Positions 1 through 36,643 of a stretch of DNA of 64,000 nt are shown piece after piece. The stretch spans positions 62,001-126,000 of the forward strand of contig CM022675.1 of assembly GCA_012295275.1 (NCBI GenBank), given 5' to 3'. The translations under genes and the position numbers were made by a program. The notes under the pieces are model-generated. The model did no database searches, had not been told where the DNA came from, and worked only from the letters and a program-made list of their open reading frames with translations. The DNA comes from Chrysomallon squamiferum (lineage: Eukaryota > Animalia > Mollusca). The first letter of the stretch is position 1. Every line of letters starts with the position of its first letter.

Positions 1-594
1 GTAAATTCTGACGTGACACGCGAAGCAGAAGATGACGACTATTACAGTAAAATTAACAAAGTTAAACAACAAAGAACGGTAACTCTACTTCAGACTGATA
101 AACAGAGTTGTTCCCCTCTAACCACTGACAGCAGACAGAATATTTACGTGAATGTTAGTAATGATTCAGATTACGAAACAGCAGAAGCGATTCAAGAAAA
201 TCGTCATGTTACTGAAGATAAACATAATGGTGGCGATTTCGACAAAACAGACGGGAAAAGAATGAAGACAAACACACCGAAGATGCACATTAACATCGCT
301 GATGATGGAGTTTACGATACGACAGACACAAAAATACCGACAGCAACTTCATCGAATGTGTACCATCATCTTGGTAAACAAAACGTCGACGACTACGACA
401 CAACAGAAGCCGTTGTTTCAAATTTCTGTGATTCCAGTTTATATAACCACACTGACGTAAATTCATCTCAGTATTCATTAAAAGCAGACGACATCAACTG
501 TGAGAACGTAGATGAAGAACTGAATTTCTCTCAAAATGATGGAAATGTTTATTTCGTTCTGGAAGACGAAGATGCAGATGAAAATACAGATTAA
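1..594 (+). CDS. Receptor copy 0: 3' part of terminal exon (long Tyr-rich cytoplasmic tail); rest of gene lies upstream of window
   Basis: Open frame from base 1 (VNSDVTREAEDDDYYSKIN...VYHHLGKQNVDDYDTT...NVYFVLEDEDADENTD*), near-identical to exon 10 of the downstream copies. Confidence 0.85.
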   Translation, partial: VNSDVTREAEDDDYYSKINKVKQQRTVTLLQTDKQSCSPLTTDSRQNIYVNVSNDSDYETAEAIQENRHVTEDKHNGGDFDKTDGKRMKTNTPKMHINIADDGVYDTTDTKIPTATSSNVYHHLGKQNVDDYDTTEAVVSNFCDSSLYNHTDVNSSQYSLKADDINCENVDEELNFSQNDGNVYFVLEDEDADENTD

Positions 595-986
595 AATTTA
601 TAAATTAATTTTTTGAATTCTTAGAAATCACAGCAATGTATAAAATGATATCGACCAATTATCTTCACTCTACTAATTCCACATCAAATAACAAAGCAAA
701 TCAATAAAATATTTGATGCAGCTTATTTTAAATTTAATAGTTGGTAAATATATATCCTGTCTATGCCATTCTCCTGCAAGAAATTATTTTCATTGTTTAT
801 TCTCAGAAAATATTATCATTTGACGTGTTGATTAAAAAATATTTGACATCTGAACATTTTATTTTGATACTAAAATTATATATTAACTATTTAACTTAAT
901 ATTATGTTTTGTTCAATTTTATATTGAACTAAATCTTCAAACATTTCTATTTTTATTCTGTTAATTTATTTTTAATTTTTATATAC

Positions 987-1026
<40 letters not shown>

Positions 1027-1213
1027 TAGATGCTACTGAGAAATTATATTAAATTGTGTGAAAAAATAAAATTTAGAATAATAAAACTTTTTCTGTTTTT
1101 CTTGTGGTTTTTTCATATTTTTAATTAATAAAGAAAAGAAAAAATGATTGTATCTAGAGAAATAAAGACACTGTCATAAATGTAATATTTTTCAAATAAT
1201 AGATACTTTTATA

Positions 1214-1313
<100 letters not shown>

Positions 1314-1490
1314 GTGTTTGTTTATTTTTATTTCTGTTGTTTATCTCTGTTTTAATCTCTCATCATCATCTATCATCTCTATTATCTTATTATTTTTTTC
1401 TTTATTATTTATTATTGTTACTCATTGTTCTCTCTTATTTATTTTTATTATCATTATTATATTATTATTAGTAGTATATTATTTATAATC

Positions 1491-1526
<36 letters not shown>

Positions 1527-1534
1527 TTTTTCAG

Positions 1535-1590
1535 AAACAAACGAAACCCTCTTTAAATTTGTTGAAGATATACCTGTGTCACAAACTGTG
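1535..1590 (+). pseudogene. Truncated orphan exon 3 fragment (start of WSC module)
   Basis: ttttcag|AAACAAACGAAACCCTCTTTAAATTTGTTGAAGATATACCTGTGTCACAAACTGTG = ETNETLFKFVEDIPVSQTV, then homology stops. It is preceded by intron-2-like sequence starting at the (GA)n tract at ~1216. Confidence 0.85.
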
Positions 1591-1659
1591 TTCTGCGGGA
1601 AATCTTTGCACATTTATTTCTGTCTGTCTCTCTGTTTTCTCTCTCTCTCTCTCTGTTTC

Positions 1660-1750
<91 letters not shown>

Positions 1751-2239
1751 GTTTCTCTCTGTTTTTAATCTCTCTGTCTCTCTCTCTGTTTTTATCTATC
1801 TCATTATATCTTTCTCTCTCTCTCTCTCCATCTCTTTCTCTATCTTTGTTTCTCTCTGTTTTTAATCTCTCTATCTATCTCTCACACACACACTCAGAGC
1901 GAGGCACAGAGAGAGAAGGGAATAGTAGTAAAGTGTTTGTGCATTTTGTTCCATCTCTCTGTTTTTATATCTCTATCTAACTATCTCTTTCTCTCTTTCT
2001 TACACACACACACACACACATACACGCACGCACGCACGCACGACATACTATATTTTACTCAGTTTTCTACATACTATATTTTATTCAGTTTTCGGCAAGT
2101 GAGTTTATCTAAAACAAGTTTTATTTTTTCACACAGACACACTACACTGTTTCTTTGATTAAACAAGGGGAGATAAAACCTGTTTGTCATGCGCGCACTT
2201 GCGCACGCACGCTCGAACACACATACTATATTTTATTAT

Positions 2240-2407
2240 TTAAAACAATTTTTATTTTTATCATCTAAAACAAATACACACAAATACACTACACTGTTCT
2301 GTAACTAAGTAAACAAGGGAAGGTAAAACCTGTTATCATCTAACAACTATCTTTTACTCTGTTATCTTCTTTCTGGTCCAAGTCAGATGTTCAGTGTAGA
2401 CTCCGCC
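2240..2407 (+). promoter_or_regulatory. Conserved proximal promoter/5'UTR block of the receptor family
   Basis: ..ATACACTACACTGTTCT(A/G)TAACTAAGTAAACAAGGGAAGG(T/A)AAAACCTGTTATC.. recurs, with minor variation, upstream of all six leader exons (2408, 14270, 17964, 18537, 30235, 39467). Contains GTAAACA (Forkhead-like), GG(T/A)AAAACC (Rel-like) and TTATCT/CTATCT (GATA-like). Confidence 0.55.
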
Positions 2408-9855
<7,448 letters not shown>

Positions 9856-11056
9856 ACAAAACGTCGACGACTACGACACAACAGAAGCCGTTGTTCCAAA
9901 TTTCTGTGATTCCAGTTTATATAACCAAACTGACGTAAATTCATCTCAGTATTCATTAAAAGCAGACGACATCAACTGTGAGAACGTAGATGAAGAACTG
10001 AATTTCTCTCAGAATGTTTATTTCGTTCTGGAAGATGAAGATGTATCCTCGTGGTATCAGTTTTGACGCAGATAAGCAACAATCTCGCGTTGTACAGAAA
10101 TAAAGATGTTTTTCTTGTTGTTACTGACAGAGACTGAACGTAATATATATATATACACATGATTAAAATATAAACATTCAATTTTATATACACATTAAGA
10201 TTTTTGAGTTTGTTTCTAGTTAGTATGTGTATACTGAAACATTCATATCTTTTTAACGCGGTATGGGTTTTGACTCAGAGCGAGTAAGTGAGTTCTATAA
10301 AAATAGATTGAAGTGGGCGTGGCCTAATTGTATGACAGTGTTCTAACTGTCAGCAGACGGCAATGTTTTGTTCAGTTTGTGAGTGAAATTTATTCTGAAA
10401 CTTTGGAGATACGAGGTTGTTTGTGTATGGCGAAAACTTGCCTTTTAAAGACAGTACTTTTAGCTGTATGGTTATGTTAATTGTTTAAACTTACCCCAAA
10501 CATGCGAGTAGGAAGCTTTGCTTTGTTTCCTAGGTGTAGAAAAAACCGTAAACAAAATCTTCACCAGGTGACGTCACGGTTGTTGTTTTTTATTATTATT
10601 ATGCGCATTTGTTATTTAATGAAGGATCCTCAAAACAAATACCAGGTCAAAACAAACACTGAGACGATGTTTATTTCGTTCTGGATACAGCTTAACATCT
10701 ATAAAATAATTTTCTACATTCACAGAAATAAAAATAAATTTATAAATGATATCAACGAATTTCTCTTGACTCTACAAATTCAACATAAAAGACCTATTTA
10801 AGTTTTAATAGTTGCTAAGTACATCCTGTCATGCCATTGTCCTGTAAGAAATTATTTCCATTGTGTATCCTCAGAAAATTATATCACTTGAGATGCTGTT
10901 CAAAACATTTTTATTGAAATGTCTCAAAATTTTGATACTCAGATTATACTTTTTACTTGTTATATTATGTTTTGTTAATTTGTATACTGAACTACACCTT
11001 CAAACATTAGAATTATGTTAATTTATTTTAATTGTTATATATTATTATTATTATTA

Positions 11057-11098
<42 letters not shown>

Positions 11099-11740
11099 GT
11101 TACTCAGAAATTGTAATAAATTGAATGAAAACAATCAAATTTAGAATGATATAACTTTCTCCTTTTTTTAATTAATAAAGAAAAGAATAAAAGCAGTATC
11201 TATAGAAATAAAGACTCTTTATATGTGTAATACTTTTCAAATGACAGACATCATCTTCACAACAATACAGGAGTAACGTCCCTTGACAAACTAGACTGAA
11301 ACTAGTCCATTTACAAATTTAGGGGCGTGACAGCCAGGTTGTTATGGGCGACATGAATAGCTTCATAGAGGAATTTAAACTTTGGCAGCTAACATGTATG
11401 TATTTCTAATTAGAGTGTAAAATGTCTGTAGAAAACGGTCCACTAAAATTTACTCTGGAAAGGTTCAAACTAAAAAGCAATACAACAACTTGTCAGAGTC
11501 TCTGCTACTCGAACCCGAGTGTTTTGATAACGCCAGATTAAAAGACTGTCTTGTAAAAATACAAATAAAACATTTGACACGGATTCCATACGAGCGTTTT
11601 AAAGTTAGAAAAGTTATAAATATTTCTTGGATGGATGCATTTAATTTGTTTACTGGAAACACATGCATGTATAAATATTGTAAATACACCCATGTCAAAA
11701 TCAGGACGTACTTGTGTGTCTCAGTATATTCAAATACACC

Positions 11741-11784
<44 letters not shown>

Positions 11785-11991
11785 TGTATATAGACACAAA
11801 AACAAATGAAAGCATGAACCATCACATAATCATAAACCAAATTATTAAACAAATCTGATTCAACATGTAGATTAGAAAGTTAAGAGATTACGCAAAGGAT
11901 GGAACAGAGAATATCAACTTTAAACTCTCATGAAAAAAAGGTTTGTTAGATTTTAATGTTAAGCTTAAATTCGGGTTGTTTCTACTGTCAG

Positions 11992-12978
11992 GGAGATCGG
12001 TGTTTTTGTAACATACCCGAGAACGAATTAAAAGAACAGATAAAAATTACCTACAAAGTTTTGCGTTGTCCGGGCACGTACACTGAAAACTGCGGCAGTT
12101 CACATACAGCGTCTGTTTACAAGCTGGGTAAGTACAAGATTTCAAATATAAACTACAGCATGAATAAATACATAAACAAAATTAAAATAACTGTATTACA
12201 TCAATGTCTGTCTATTACCACTTGTACATTTTAAATATCTTATATTTTTAACAGTTACTGCTATTTACTCTCGATTTCACGAACTAATAGGGAAGAGCAT
12301 TTACTAAGAAATGTCTGAGAAATCTCGAATATAAATATTGACCTTAAATTTACCGAAACTTTAAACTTTGGTATACATAACAGCTATATAATCCGGAAAA
12401 ATGTAAGACCAATATATATAATTGTTATTTCAAAATAAACATTTAATTTTCAGTAACCCTTTTTTTTTTCTATTTTTCTTTTTCTTCCCCCCCCCCCCTT
12501 AATCTAGGACATTCATAACAACGAAGAAGAAAATTTGATTTTGAGACAGACATCGTATAACTTCTAGTTACAACTATCAGCAATAAACAGTAAAATATTT
12601 TTGTCAAACATCAGTGATGCAATTTCCAATCGCCACAACAAGAGCAGTATAAAAAGAACATCTAATCATGGTGATACAATATCAGTCAATACTGTTTTTA
12701 TATTCCTGACGTAATTTTATAAAAAAAAAAAACTAAATATTTCTACTCAAAAAGTGGATTGTATTATACGATCATTAAGGACAGGCTGTATGTTCGTTGT
12801 TAAATATAAAAAAATAAAAATAAATAGGCTTAATATACTTTTCAAGACTTTCTTTCCGTCGTTTCTCAAGATCGATGTCCATTTGGTACTTTTGTTTTTC
12901 CTACACGCCTTAATTACTTGTTAGAAGAAATAATGATCATCATGAAAGGTTCCTCCAGCTTAGGACTTCACATTCTAA

Positions 12979-13022
<44 letters not shown>

Positions 13023-13269
13023 TTTGCTTGTTACTCATTTTTCTTCAGTTATTATCATCATCATCGTCGTAAGCGCATCATCATCATTATTATTATTATT
13101 ATTATTGTTATCATTATTGTTATACGTACTATTTTAGACTTGCCAGATTCAGTAAAACTGAATTTCCAGGCAAATGATAACACTAACTGTGGTTATGTCA
13201 GATATGAAAACTGCCAGATGCAACTCGGCTTCGACAACTGTCAACAACAAAACAAATTTATTTGCCCTG
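11992..13269 (+). pseudogene. Partial copy B: orphan exon 4 (11992-12127) and exon 5 (13138-13269) of C-type subfamily
   Basis: GDRCFCNIPE..CPGTYTENCGSSHTASVYKL and DLPDSVKLNF..NCGYVRY..C..FICP, both with intact splice sites. Block ~11750-13950 duplicates ~19850-21800. No exons 1-3 or 6-10. Confidence 0.85.
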
Positions 13270-13323
13270 GTAGGTTGTGTTTCGAAAACAGAACATTTTA
13301 ATCTCTCTCTCTCTCTCTCTCTA

Positions 13324-13466
<143 letters not shown>

Positions 13467-13780
13467 GCATATCTTTCTTGTGAATCTCTCTGTTTGTTTC
13501 TTTTTTACTTCTTTCTAGTTATTAACCTATTTGCTTACTTATTTAGTTTTTCTATGTACCCCATATCTTTCTTAGGTACACTATTTATCTTTCTGTTATC
13601 CATGGAGCTATCACTATAGTTGCAGCTGGTACTATTATTAATTATACTACTACCATCGTTGTTGATATTGTTATTATTGTTGTTGTTCCTTTTCTTCTTT
13701 TTCTTCTTTTTCTTGTTATTGTTATTGTTGTTGTTGTTGTTGTTCTTCTTCTTCTACTTCTTCTTTTTCTGCTTCTTCTT

Positions 13781-13811
<31 letters not shown>

Positions 13812-13858
13812 TTATTATTATTATTATTATTCGTCTTCTTCTTATTCTTCTTCTTCTT

Positions 13859-13927
<69 letters not shown>

Positions 13928-14269
13928 GCATTTTTTAAAATTATTATTGTAGTTACTGTACGGGAAATGTGTTCGTATATTTATCTCTTTCTCTGTCTCT
14001 CTCTCACACACACACACATACACATGCACGAACACACACACATACTATATTTTATTCAGTTTTCTATTGGGTCTTGTATTCTATTTTGTCGTAGTCTTTG
14101 TGGTGCGCGAGTTTATCTATAACAAGTTTTATTTTTATCACACAAATACACTACACTGTTCTGTAACTGAGTAAACAAGGGAAGGTAAAACCTGTTATCA
14201 CCTAACAACTATCTTTTACTCTGTTATCTTCTTCCGGGTCCAAGTCAGATGTTCACTGTACAATCCGCC

Positions 14270-14339
14270 ATGTTGTCTACAGTTGTCGATATTTTTATTA
14301 TCTTCTTCTTGTGTGTCTCTACCCAGTCAGAAATACTAA
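14270..14339 (+). CDS. Orphan/alternative leader exon 1 (signal peptide)
   Basis: ccgccATG MLSTVVDIFIIFFLCVSTQSEIL + a|GTAAGT donor; conserved upstream promoter block and A-like intron 1 start. Confidence 0.7.
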
Positions 14340-14525
14340 GTAAGTAGATTTTACATTATTTGTCATAATCAAGGTACTTTTGTGTGTGTGTGTGTGCGTG
14401 TGTGCGTGTGTAGAGATATGGAAGATGAAAAGAACTAAAGAGACTGTTATATTTTTAAGTTACTAATAAGTTAAGTATACGTAATATATCTCTCTGTCCC
14501 TCTCTGTCTTTATCTGTCTTTCTAG

Positions 14526-14792
14526 CTCAGTCTGTGTCTCTAACTGTATCTGTGTCCTTTTCTCTGTCGTCACCTTTCTCCATTACATCATACACATACC
14601 TTCACTCACACTCTCAGTCTGTGTCTCTAACTGTATCTGTGTCCTTTTCTCTGTCGTCACCTTTCTCCATTACATCATACACATACCTTCACTCACACTC
14701 TCAGTCTGTGTCTCTAACTGTATCTGTGTCCTTTTCTCTGTCGTCACCTTTCTCCATTACATCATACACATACCTTCACTCACACTCTCAGT
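14526..14792. repeat. 87-bp tandem triplication
   Basis: Three near-perfect units; single unit at the homologous intron-1 site of A (~2685) and E (~39735). Confidence 0.9.
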
Positions 14793-15119
14793 CCTGAATG
14801 CACACATAAAACTTAATTTTTGTTAGTATGTTACACACATTTTTGTCATTACTCCACATTTTGTTTTCACTTGTCAGCGGTTACGGGTGAAAAGATATGA
14901 TGCGTTAAATGGTATAATTTTATTTGTGTAATACATTTCAAATGAGAGACATCATTTTTACAACAGATGTATTTCACATTCCTACTGCGCATGCCACCGA
15001 AGAGTAGCGTCACTTGACAAGCTGGACTGAAACCAGTCTATTTACAAATTGAGGGGCGGGACAGACAGGTTGTTATGGGCGACATGAGTAGCTTCATAGC
15101 AGACTTTAAACTTTGGCAG

Positions 15120-15750
15120 CTAACACGTACACATTTCTAACATGTACACATTTCTAACACGTACACATTTCTAACACGTACACATTTCTAACACGTACGT
15201 ATTTCTAACGTACATTATTCTAACACGTACATATTTCTAACATGTACGTATTTCTAACATGTACGTATTTCTAACATGTACGTATTTCTAACATGTACAT
15301 TATTCTAACACGTACACATTTCTAACACGTACACATTTCTAACATGTACACATTTCTAACATGTACGTATTTCTAACATGTACATATTTCTAACACGTAC
15401 ACATTTCTAACACGTACGTATTTCTAACATGTACGTATTTCTAACATGTGTTTATTTCTAACATGTACACATTTCTAACATGTATGTATTTCTAACATGT
15501 ACGTATTTCTAACATGTACGTATTTCTAACATGTACACATTTCTAACATGTACGTATTTCTAACATGTACACATTTCTAACATGTACGTATTTCTAACAT
15601 GTACGTATTTCTAACATGTATGTATTTCTAACATGTACATATTTCTAACATGTACGTATTTCTAACATGTACGTATTTCTAACATGTACGTATTTCTAAC
15701 ATGTACGTATTTCTAACATGTGTTTATTTCTAACATGTACATATTTCTAA
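15120..15750. repeat. 17-bp minisatellite (AACATGTACGTATTTCT)n
   Basis: About 37 units; the paralogous site at ~11390 has one unit. Confidence 0.9.
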
Positions 15751-16119
15751 TTAGATGGTACAATGTCTGTAGAAAACGGTTCACTGAAATTTACAGTGGA
15801 AAGGTTCAAATTAAAAAGTAGTGCAACAACTTGGACAAAGTCTCTGCGACTCGAACCCGAGTGTTTTGATAACACCAGATTAAAGGACTGTTTAGTAAAA
15901 ATACAAACAAAACATTTGACAGGGATTATATACGAGCGTTAAAAAGTCTGAAAAGTTATAAATATTTCTCGGATGGAGATATTTAATTTGTTTACTGGAA
16001 ACACATGCATGTATAAATATTGTAAATACACCCATGTCAAAATCAGGACGTATTTGTGCGTCTCAGTGTATTCTCTATGTGTGTGTACATATACATGTAT
16101 ATGTAATATTTTCTGTATC

Positions 16120-16160
<41 letters not shown>

Positions 16161-16929
16161 TTAATATAAATGCTGTTATCCAGCCTGTCATCCGCCTACA
16201 ACAATGGGAGCCTGTTTGCTTATACACACACACACAAACAGACACTCAAGCAAACACACACACAAACACTCACACACTCACATACACACACAGACAGTAC
16301 AATTGAAAAATTACCTCTCAAAACAATTCAAGTCCAGATCAAGGTGTAGCAGGTGCCCATCCCCCACAGATTACTACAAACATTTGCCATAACTTGTTTG
16401 TTCAGCAAGTCTTTGTACTGATGTCATTTACAGTCAGAGTATTTACTTTGTTGCAGAAACATCTCTGACTGAACTCTGACAACATGGCCACATAGTGTGT
16501 TCAATAAACAAAACTACAGTAACATGATTAGTTAAATCTTTTCTTTATGAAGGAAATGTGAGCAGCTTAATTCCTTGTAGGTTAAAACCAGCCACTTGTC
16601 TAATTACAATTATTGTTAGGTGTAATTAATACAAACACACACAAGTATACATACTCTATGCTTAAGAAAACTCTTTAAATAAACCATTTATTTTGGACTA
16701 ACATATAATTGTTATATTGTAGATTGTACCTTTACTCACATACTCACACACATACCTACAAACTTGTACAACCCTTGCTAAGTATTTGTGACTCCAAGCA
16801 ACAAACACCTCAACTAGTTGCAGTAGACTGAATAATTAAGAACATAACTGAAACTATTGTTCTTTGTAGTTATCTGAACCATGTCATTAATTTCATTTGT
16901 TTTTTCTTATCCTAGGTTTTGTGACATTT

Positions 16930-17134
16930 TTCCACGCCATATTCAGGGAACGTATACAGTCCACTTATTCTATCGTCCTAAAAACTGTGCCGAACAAACC
17001 CTCGTGTTTGCAGTAACAATAAAATAGTTTTCATTTCTATGTGAAGCGATTACCCACAGACGTTTGCGATATACATTTCCCGTTCTTCTGCGACTGGAAC
17101 AGTTAATAACTGAACAATGGTCATGACCTCCCAT
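16930..17134 (-). mobile_element. Degenerate THAP zinc-finger coding relic (probable 5' end of THAP-bearing DNA transposon)
   Basis: MGGHDHCSVINCSSRRR..RKRLWVIASHR..TANTRVCSAQF, followed after a stop by DCIRSLNM (AVPTIF-box-like). This is the THAP C-x4-C..W..CSxHF signature with H>Q. Confidence 0.65.
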
Positions 17135-17484
17135 TACAGCATGATTGCTTTTGTCCACCGATTTCCAAGTAGGACTATTTTGTCGAGATCTGCGTCCTCG
17201 AATTACCCAGCAACGCGCACATGCGCAGTGAAATGTGAAATACCTCTGTTCAGTAAATGTATCAGTATATAAATGACTAAACATAACCAAAACTAAACAC
17301 ACACAAACATACATTCACGCACACACACACAAATATACATGTATCTGTCTCTGCCTGTTTTTTCTCTCTCTCTTTCACACACACACATACACACGCTATC
17401 AGACAGAGAGAGACTAGGAGAAATGTGATTGTGTCTGTCTCTCAGTTTTTATATATTTCTGTCTCTCTGTTTCTCGTGTCTCAC

Positions 17485-17577
<93 letters not shown>

Positions 17578-17963
17578 AAACAGAGAGAGAAGTGTAAATG
17601 TGTTTGTGTGTACAATTTCTTTCTTTCTATGTTTCTCTCTGTCTTCCTCCCACACACACACATACACACACAAACACACACACAGATATACTCACACACA
17701 CACACTCACACACACACGAATACACATACACACACTATCATTTATTCAGTTTTCTATTGCGTCTTCTACTCTATTTTGCCGTAGGCTTTGTCATGCGCGA
17801 GTTTATCTAAAACAAGTTTTATTTTTATCACACGGATACACTACACTGTTCTATAACTAAGTAAACAAGGGAAGGAAAAGCCTGTTACGATCCTCTGTTA
17901 TCTTCTTCCTGGTCTGGTCCATGTTATTTATACATAGTAGTTTAAAATATTGTAGAATCCACC

Positions 17964-18033
17964 ATGTTTTCTACAGCTGTTGCTATTTTTATTATTTTCT
18001 TTGGGTGTGTGTCTACCCAGTCAGAAATATCAA
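17964..18033 (+). CDS. Second orphan/alternative leader exon 1
   Basis: ccaccATG MFSTAVAIFIIFFGCVSTQSEIS + a|GTAAGT donor, with conserved upstream block. Confidence 0.7.
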
Positions 18034-18259
18034 GTAAGTAGATTTTACATTAATTGTTTCAATCAAAGAATACGTACATATATATATATATATATATATA
18101 TACATACATACATACATACATACATACACACATACACAGAGAAAGAGAAACAGAGAGAGAAGTGTAAATGTGTTACAATCTTTCTTTCTATGTTTCTCTG
18201 TGTCTTTGTCACACACACAAACACATACACACACATACACACACATACACACACACATA

Positions 18260-18295
<36 letters not shown>

Positions 18296-18536
18296 GTATA
18301 ATGTATCCAGTTTTCTATTGTTTTCTAATCTGTTTTGTCGTACTCTTTGTCATGCGCGAGTTTATCTAAAACAAGTTTTATTTTTATCACACAGATACAC
18401 TACACTGTTCTATAACTGAGTAAACAAGGGAAGGAAAAACCTCTAACGATTCTAACAACTATCTTTTACTCTGTTATCTTGTTCCTGGTCCTGTTTGTTG
18501 TTCATTGTAGTTATTTAGCTTCTCTGAGACACCGCC

Positions 18537-26289
<7,753 letters not shown>

Positions 26290-26938
26290 ACAAAACGTCG
26301 ACGACTACGACACAACTGAAGGCGTTGTTCCAAATTTCTGTGATTCCAGTTTATATAACCACACTGACGTAAATTTATCTCAGTATTCATTAAAAGCAGA
26401 CGACATCAACTGTGAGAACGTAGATTAAGAACTGAATTTCTCTCAAAATTATGGAAATGTTTATTTCGTTCTGGAAGACGAAAATGCAGATAAAAATACA
26501 GCTTAAAATCAATAAAATATTTCAAATTTAATATTTGGTAAATGTATATCCTCTCTATGCATTTCTCCTGCAAGAAATTATTTCATTGTTTATCCTCAGA
26601 AAATAATATCATTTGTGGTGTTGATTCAAAAATATTTCAGTTTTATTTTATACTAAAATTATATTTTAACTATTTCACCTGTTGATGTTATACTTTGTTC
26701 ATTTATATACTATGTTAGACCTTCACACATTATTATTCTTACTTTTATATATTATTCTTATTATTTATATCTTACTGAGAAATTATATTAAACTGTATGA
26801 AAACAATAAAATTTAAGAATGATAGAGCTTTCTCTCTTTTTTAATTAAAAAGAAAAAAGTGTATATCTATTTATATAATGCTTTTCACAAGAATTCATCA
26901 AATTTGTTAAGTAAAAATAAATGATCAGAGATAACCAA

Positions 26939-27006
<68 letters not shown>

Positions 27007-27053
27007 AGAGAGAGCAGGGCAATGTGTTGGTACATAATACGGACATACAAAGA

Positions 27054-27203
<150 letters not shown>

Positions 27204-27769
27204 CCCTTTCTGGCTCAAAACCTAAAACAGATAAATTCAATTTTCATTATTTATTCCGCACGTAAACGTATTCTTAAAATTCGTAAACAGAAAACACTAA
27301 TTTGTATATAGTCAAATGAGGAATATAGGACAGAGGCAAACAACAGTTACAGATAGAAACAATGTATGTGTGTGTGCATGCATGTCTGAGTGTATGTATC
27401 TGCGTGTGTCCTTGTTTGTGAATGCTAGAACACGTATTGTTTGTAAATAACGTGTGCGTGTGTGCGTGTCTGCATAGATATAATTCACTGAATAAAAATT
27501 AAAACTGATATTTTGTACCTATGGTGAACAGTCCACCGGTAATCCATTTTCAAGTACAAATTACCGTATTAGCCACTACGAGGTGGGGGTGTCATCACTC
27601 ATCAGGTGACTCCGTGTCGCTGCATTTTAGGTACAATTAATTAAAACAATGGTGAGCAATCATCTAAAATTTACTTTGAATTCAAACAGAATACGACACA
27701 TAGCAAATAAGAAAAAAGAACTTATTTTATAATTTCCGTTGTTACTATTCTTATTAGGCTGTGTGTGAC

Positions 27770-27956
<187 letters not shown>

Positions 27957-28328
27957 AACAACAACAAGGGGAAATATTGACAATGTTTACGGTGAAATTG
28001 ACATCGGTAGCGAGTTCCGACACCCAGTTTTCAAACTTTCATCAGAGCGCTGTCATGGAAACCGTCTGTGTGTCTGTGTGCGTGTCGCGTTTTGGAGTGA
28101 CCGTGTTGTGTATGTATATATATATATGTATGTTATTTGTGTGTGTGTTTGTGTGTGTGTGTGCGTGTGTGTGTGTGTATTTGTCGGTTTGAAAAAGGTA
28201 TCTTCCAACGTAAAATTGAATTACCAGGTCACGAGGGCGCGATAGTTAATGTATTTTCATTTCAAGTTTGTTTTTTCTTTATTCATTTAATAAATAAATA
28301 AATAATAGTAATAACAGTAGTAGTAGTG

Positions 28329-28383
<55 letters not shown>

Positions 28384-28467
28384 TATTATCTTTATCATTA
28401 TCATTATTATTATTATTATTGTTGTTGTTACTGTTATTGCTATTGTTAATGTTACTGTTACTGTTAC

Positions 28468-28545
<78 letters not shown>

Positions 28546-30234
28546 GAAGCAGCTACAGTATTAAATACTCAACTAGTTGAAACAAAACCTGTCATCAGAT
28601 TGAGTCTCCTTGATGCAACATTAGAAAACAGTTTATACAAAACCAGAACAATTAATTATAGTAAAACGTTTAAAAAATAATAAGAACAGACAGATTATTG
28701 GCAGATCCGAAAATCAAAAACAAAATAAGTGCCGCCAAATACAGAATTCAAAATGCATTGGGGACAAGTTGTATCGGGTGCGGGGTATCTTGGGTACAAG
28801 TTGTCTAGAATTATATGTGTGTCTATAATTACATAAATTCAGGCTAATTAAACATGTTGATTTTATTGAACAGTAAATAATGTAGCGTATGGTGGTAAGG
28901 TATTAATGTTTACGTATGTCTTGAAAAGTCAAATAATCCCAAACGATGTTTTCACGAACTTTCAACAAGTTACTGGACAAGTTCGCTCTTTCTTCCAGAT
29001 AACTTTGCATTAAGTTCTTTTAGTCACGTTATTGTCTGTTCTCCATACCATGTGACATCCAGGTCTTTGTTTAAAGTAGAATAAATAATAAAGTCTTGTT
29101 TCTTGTGATTAAAAACATCGACATAATCGAAGTAATGAATTCCATTATAAAAAGTTTTGTTTTTTTTCAAATTATTTAAAAAAATTATTAAAAAAATTAA
29201 CGATAATAAAGCATTGATTTTGTCCCAGATACAATTTATTATTATGTATATGCATTAACAATAGCTGCTATAGCTTTTGCAACTACTACTACTACTAGTA
29301 CTACTACTTACACTACTGTTGCTGCTGCGGCTACTACTTCCACTGCTGCAACTAGTGCAACTACTACTACTATGATTATCATTACTACTACTACTACCAC
29401 TACTAGCTCTACTACTACCACTATCACTATTACTATTAATATGATTATTATTATTACTACTACTATTAGCACTACTACTACTACTATCACTATTACTATT
29501 AATATGATTATTATTATTATTGTTATTGTTATTATTATTACTATTATTATTTTGTTATTATCATCATCATCATCATCATTATTATACATTGATAGGACAG
29601 CAGAAACGTTTTCATTGACTAGCAGAAGCAGTATTTTATTTGTTCCTTTCCATAAACAAATAATCGACGTTTGTTGTGTGTGTGTGTGTCTGTGTGTGTC
29701 TCTCTCTGTGTGTGTGAAGGTGTGTGTGCGTGTTATACAAGGATATATTTAAGAATTAATATGTTAGTTCTCACATAAAAAATTGAACAAACGCAAGTGG
29801 AACGAAATATCGACCTGTCGCTGAAACGAATAATAACACGTATAAAGCCGTCTCGTTTTCTTAGTTATTTTTTATTTGTTTAAATTGCCATAGCAGATCT
29901 GCACGCACACACACACATACACACACACACACACACACACATACACACATACACGAATACACATACACACACACACTCACACATACATACACACACACGA
30001 ATACACATACACACACTATAATTTATTCAGTTTTCTATTGTGTCTTCTACTCTATTTTGCCGTAGGCTTTGTCATGCGCGAGTTTATCTAAAGCAAGTTT
30101 TATTTTTATGACACAGATACACTACACTGTTTTATATCTAAGTAAACACGGGAAGGAAAAACCTGTCATGCGATCTTCTTCCTGGTTCAGCTTTTTTGTA
30201 CACAGTAGTTATTTAACATCTCGAAGAATCCGCC

Positions 30235-36643
<6,409 letters not shown>

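Noticed and set aside
1-594. Canonical ITAM in the tail
   Set aside because: No YxxL/I-x6-8-YxxL/I pair; the closest (YHHL-x7-YDTT) lacks the second hydrophobic residue.
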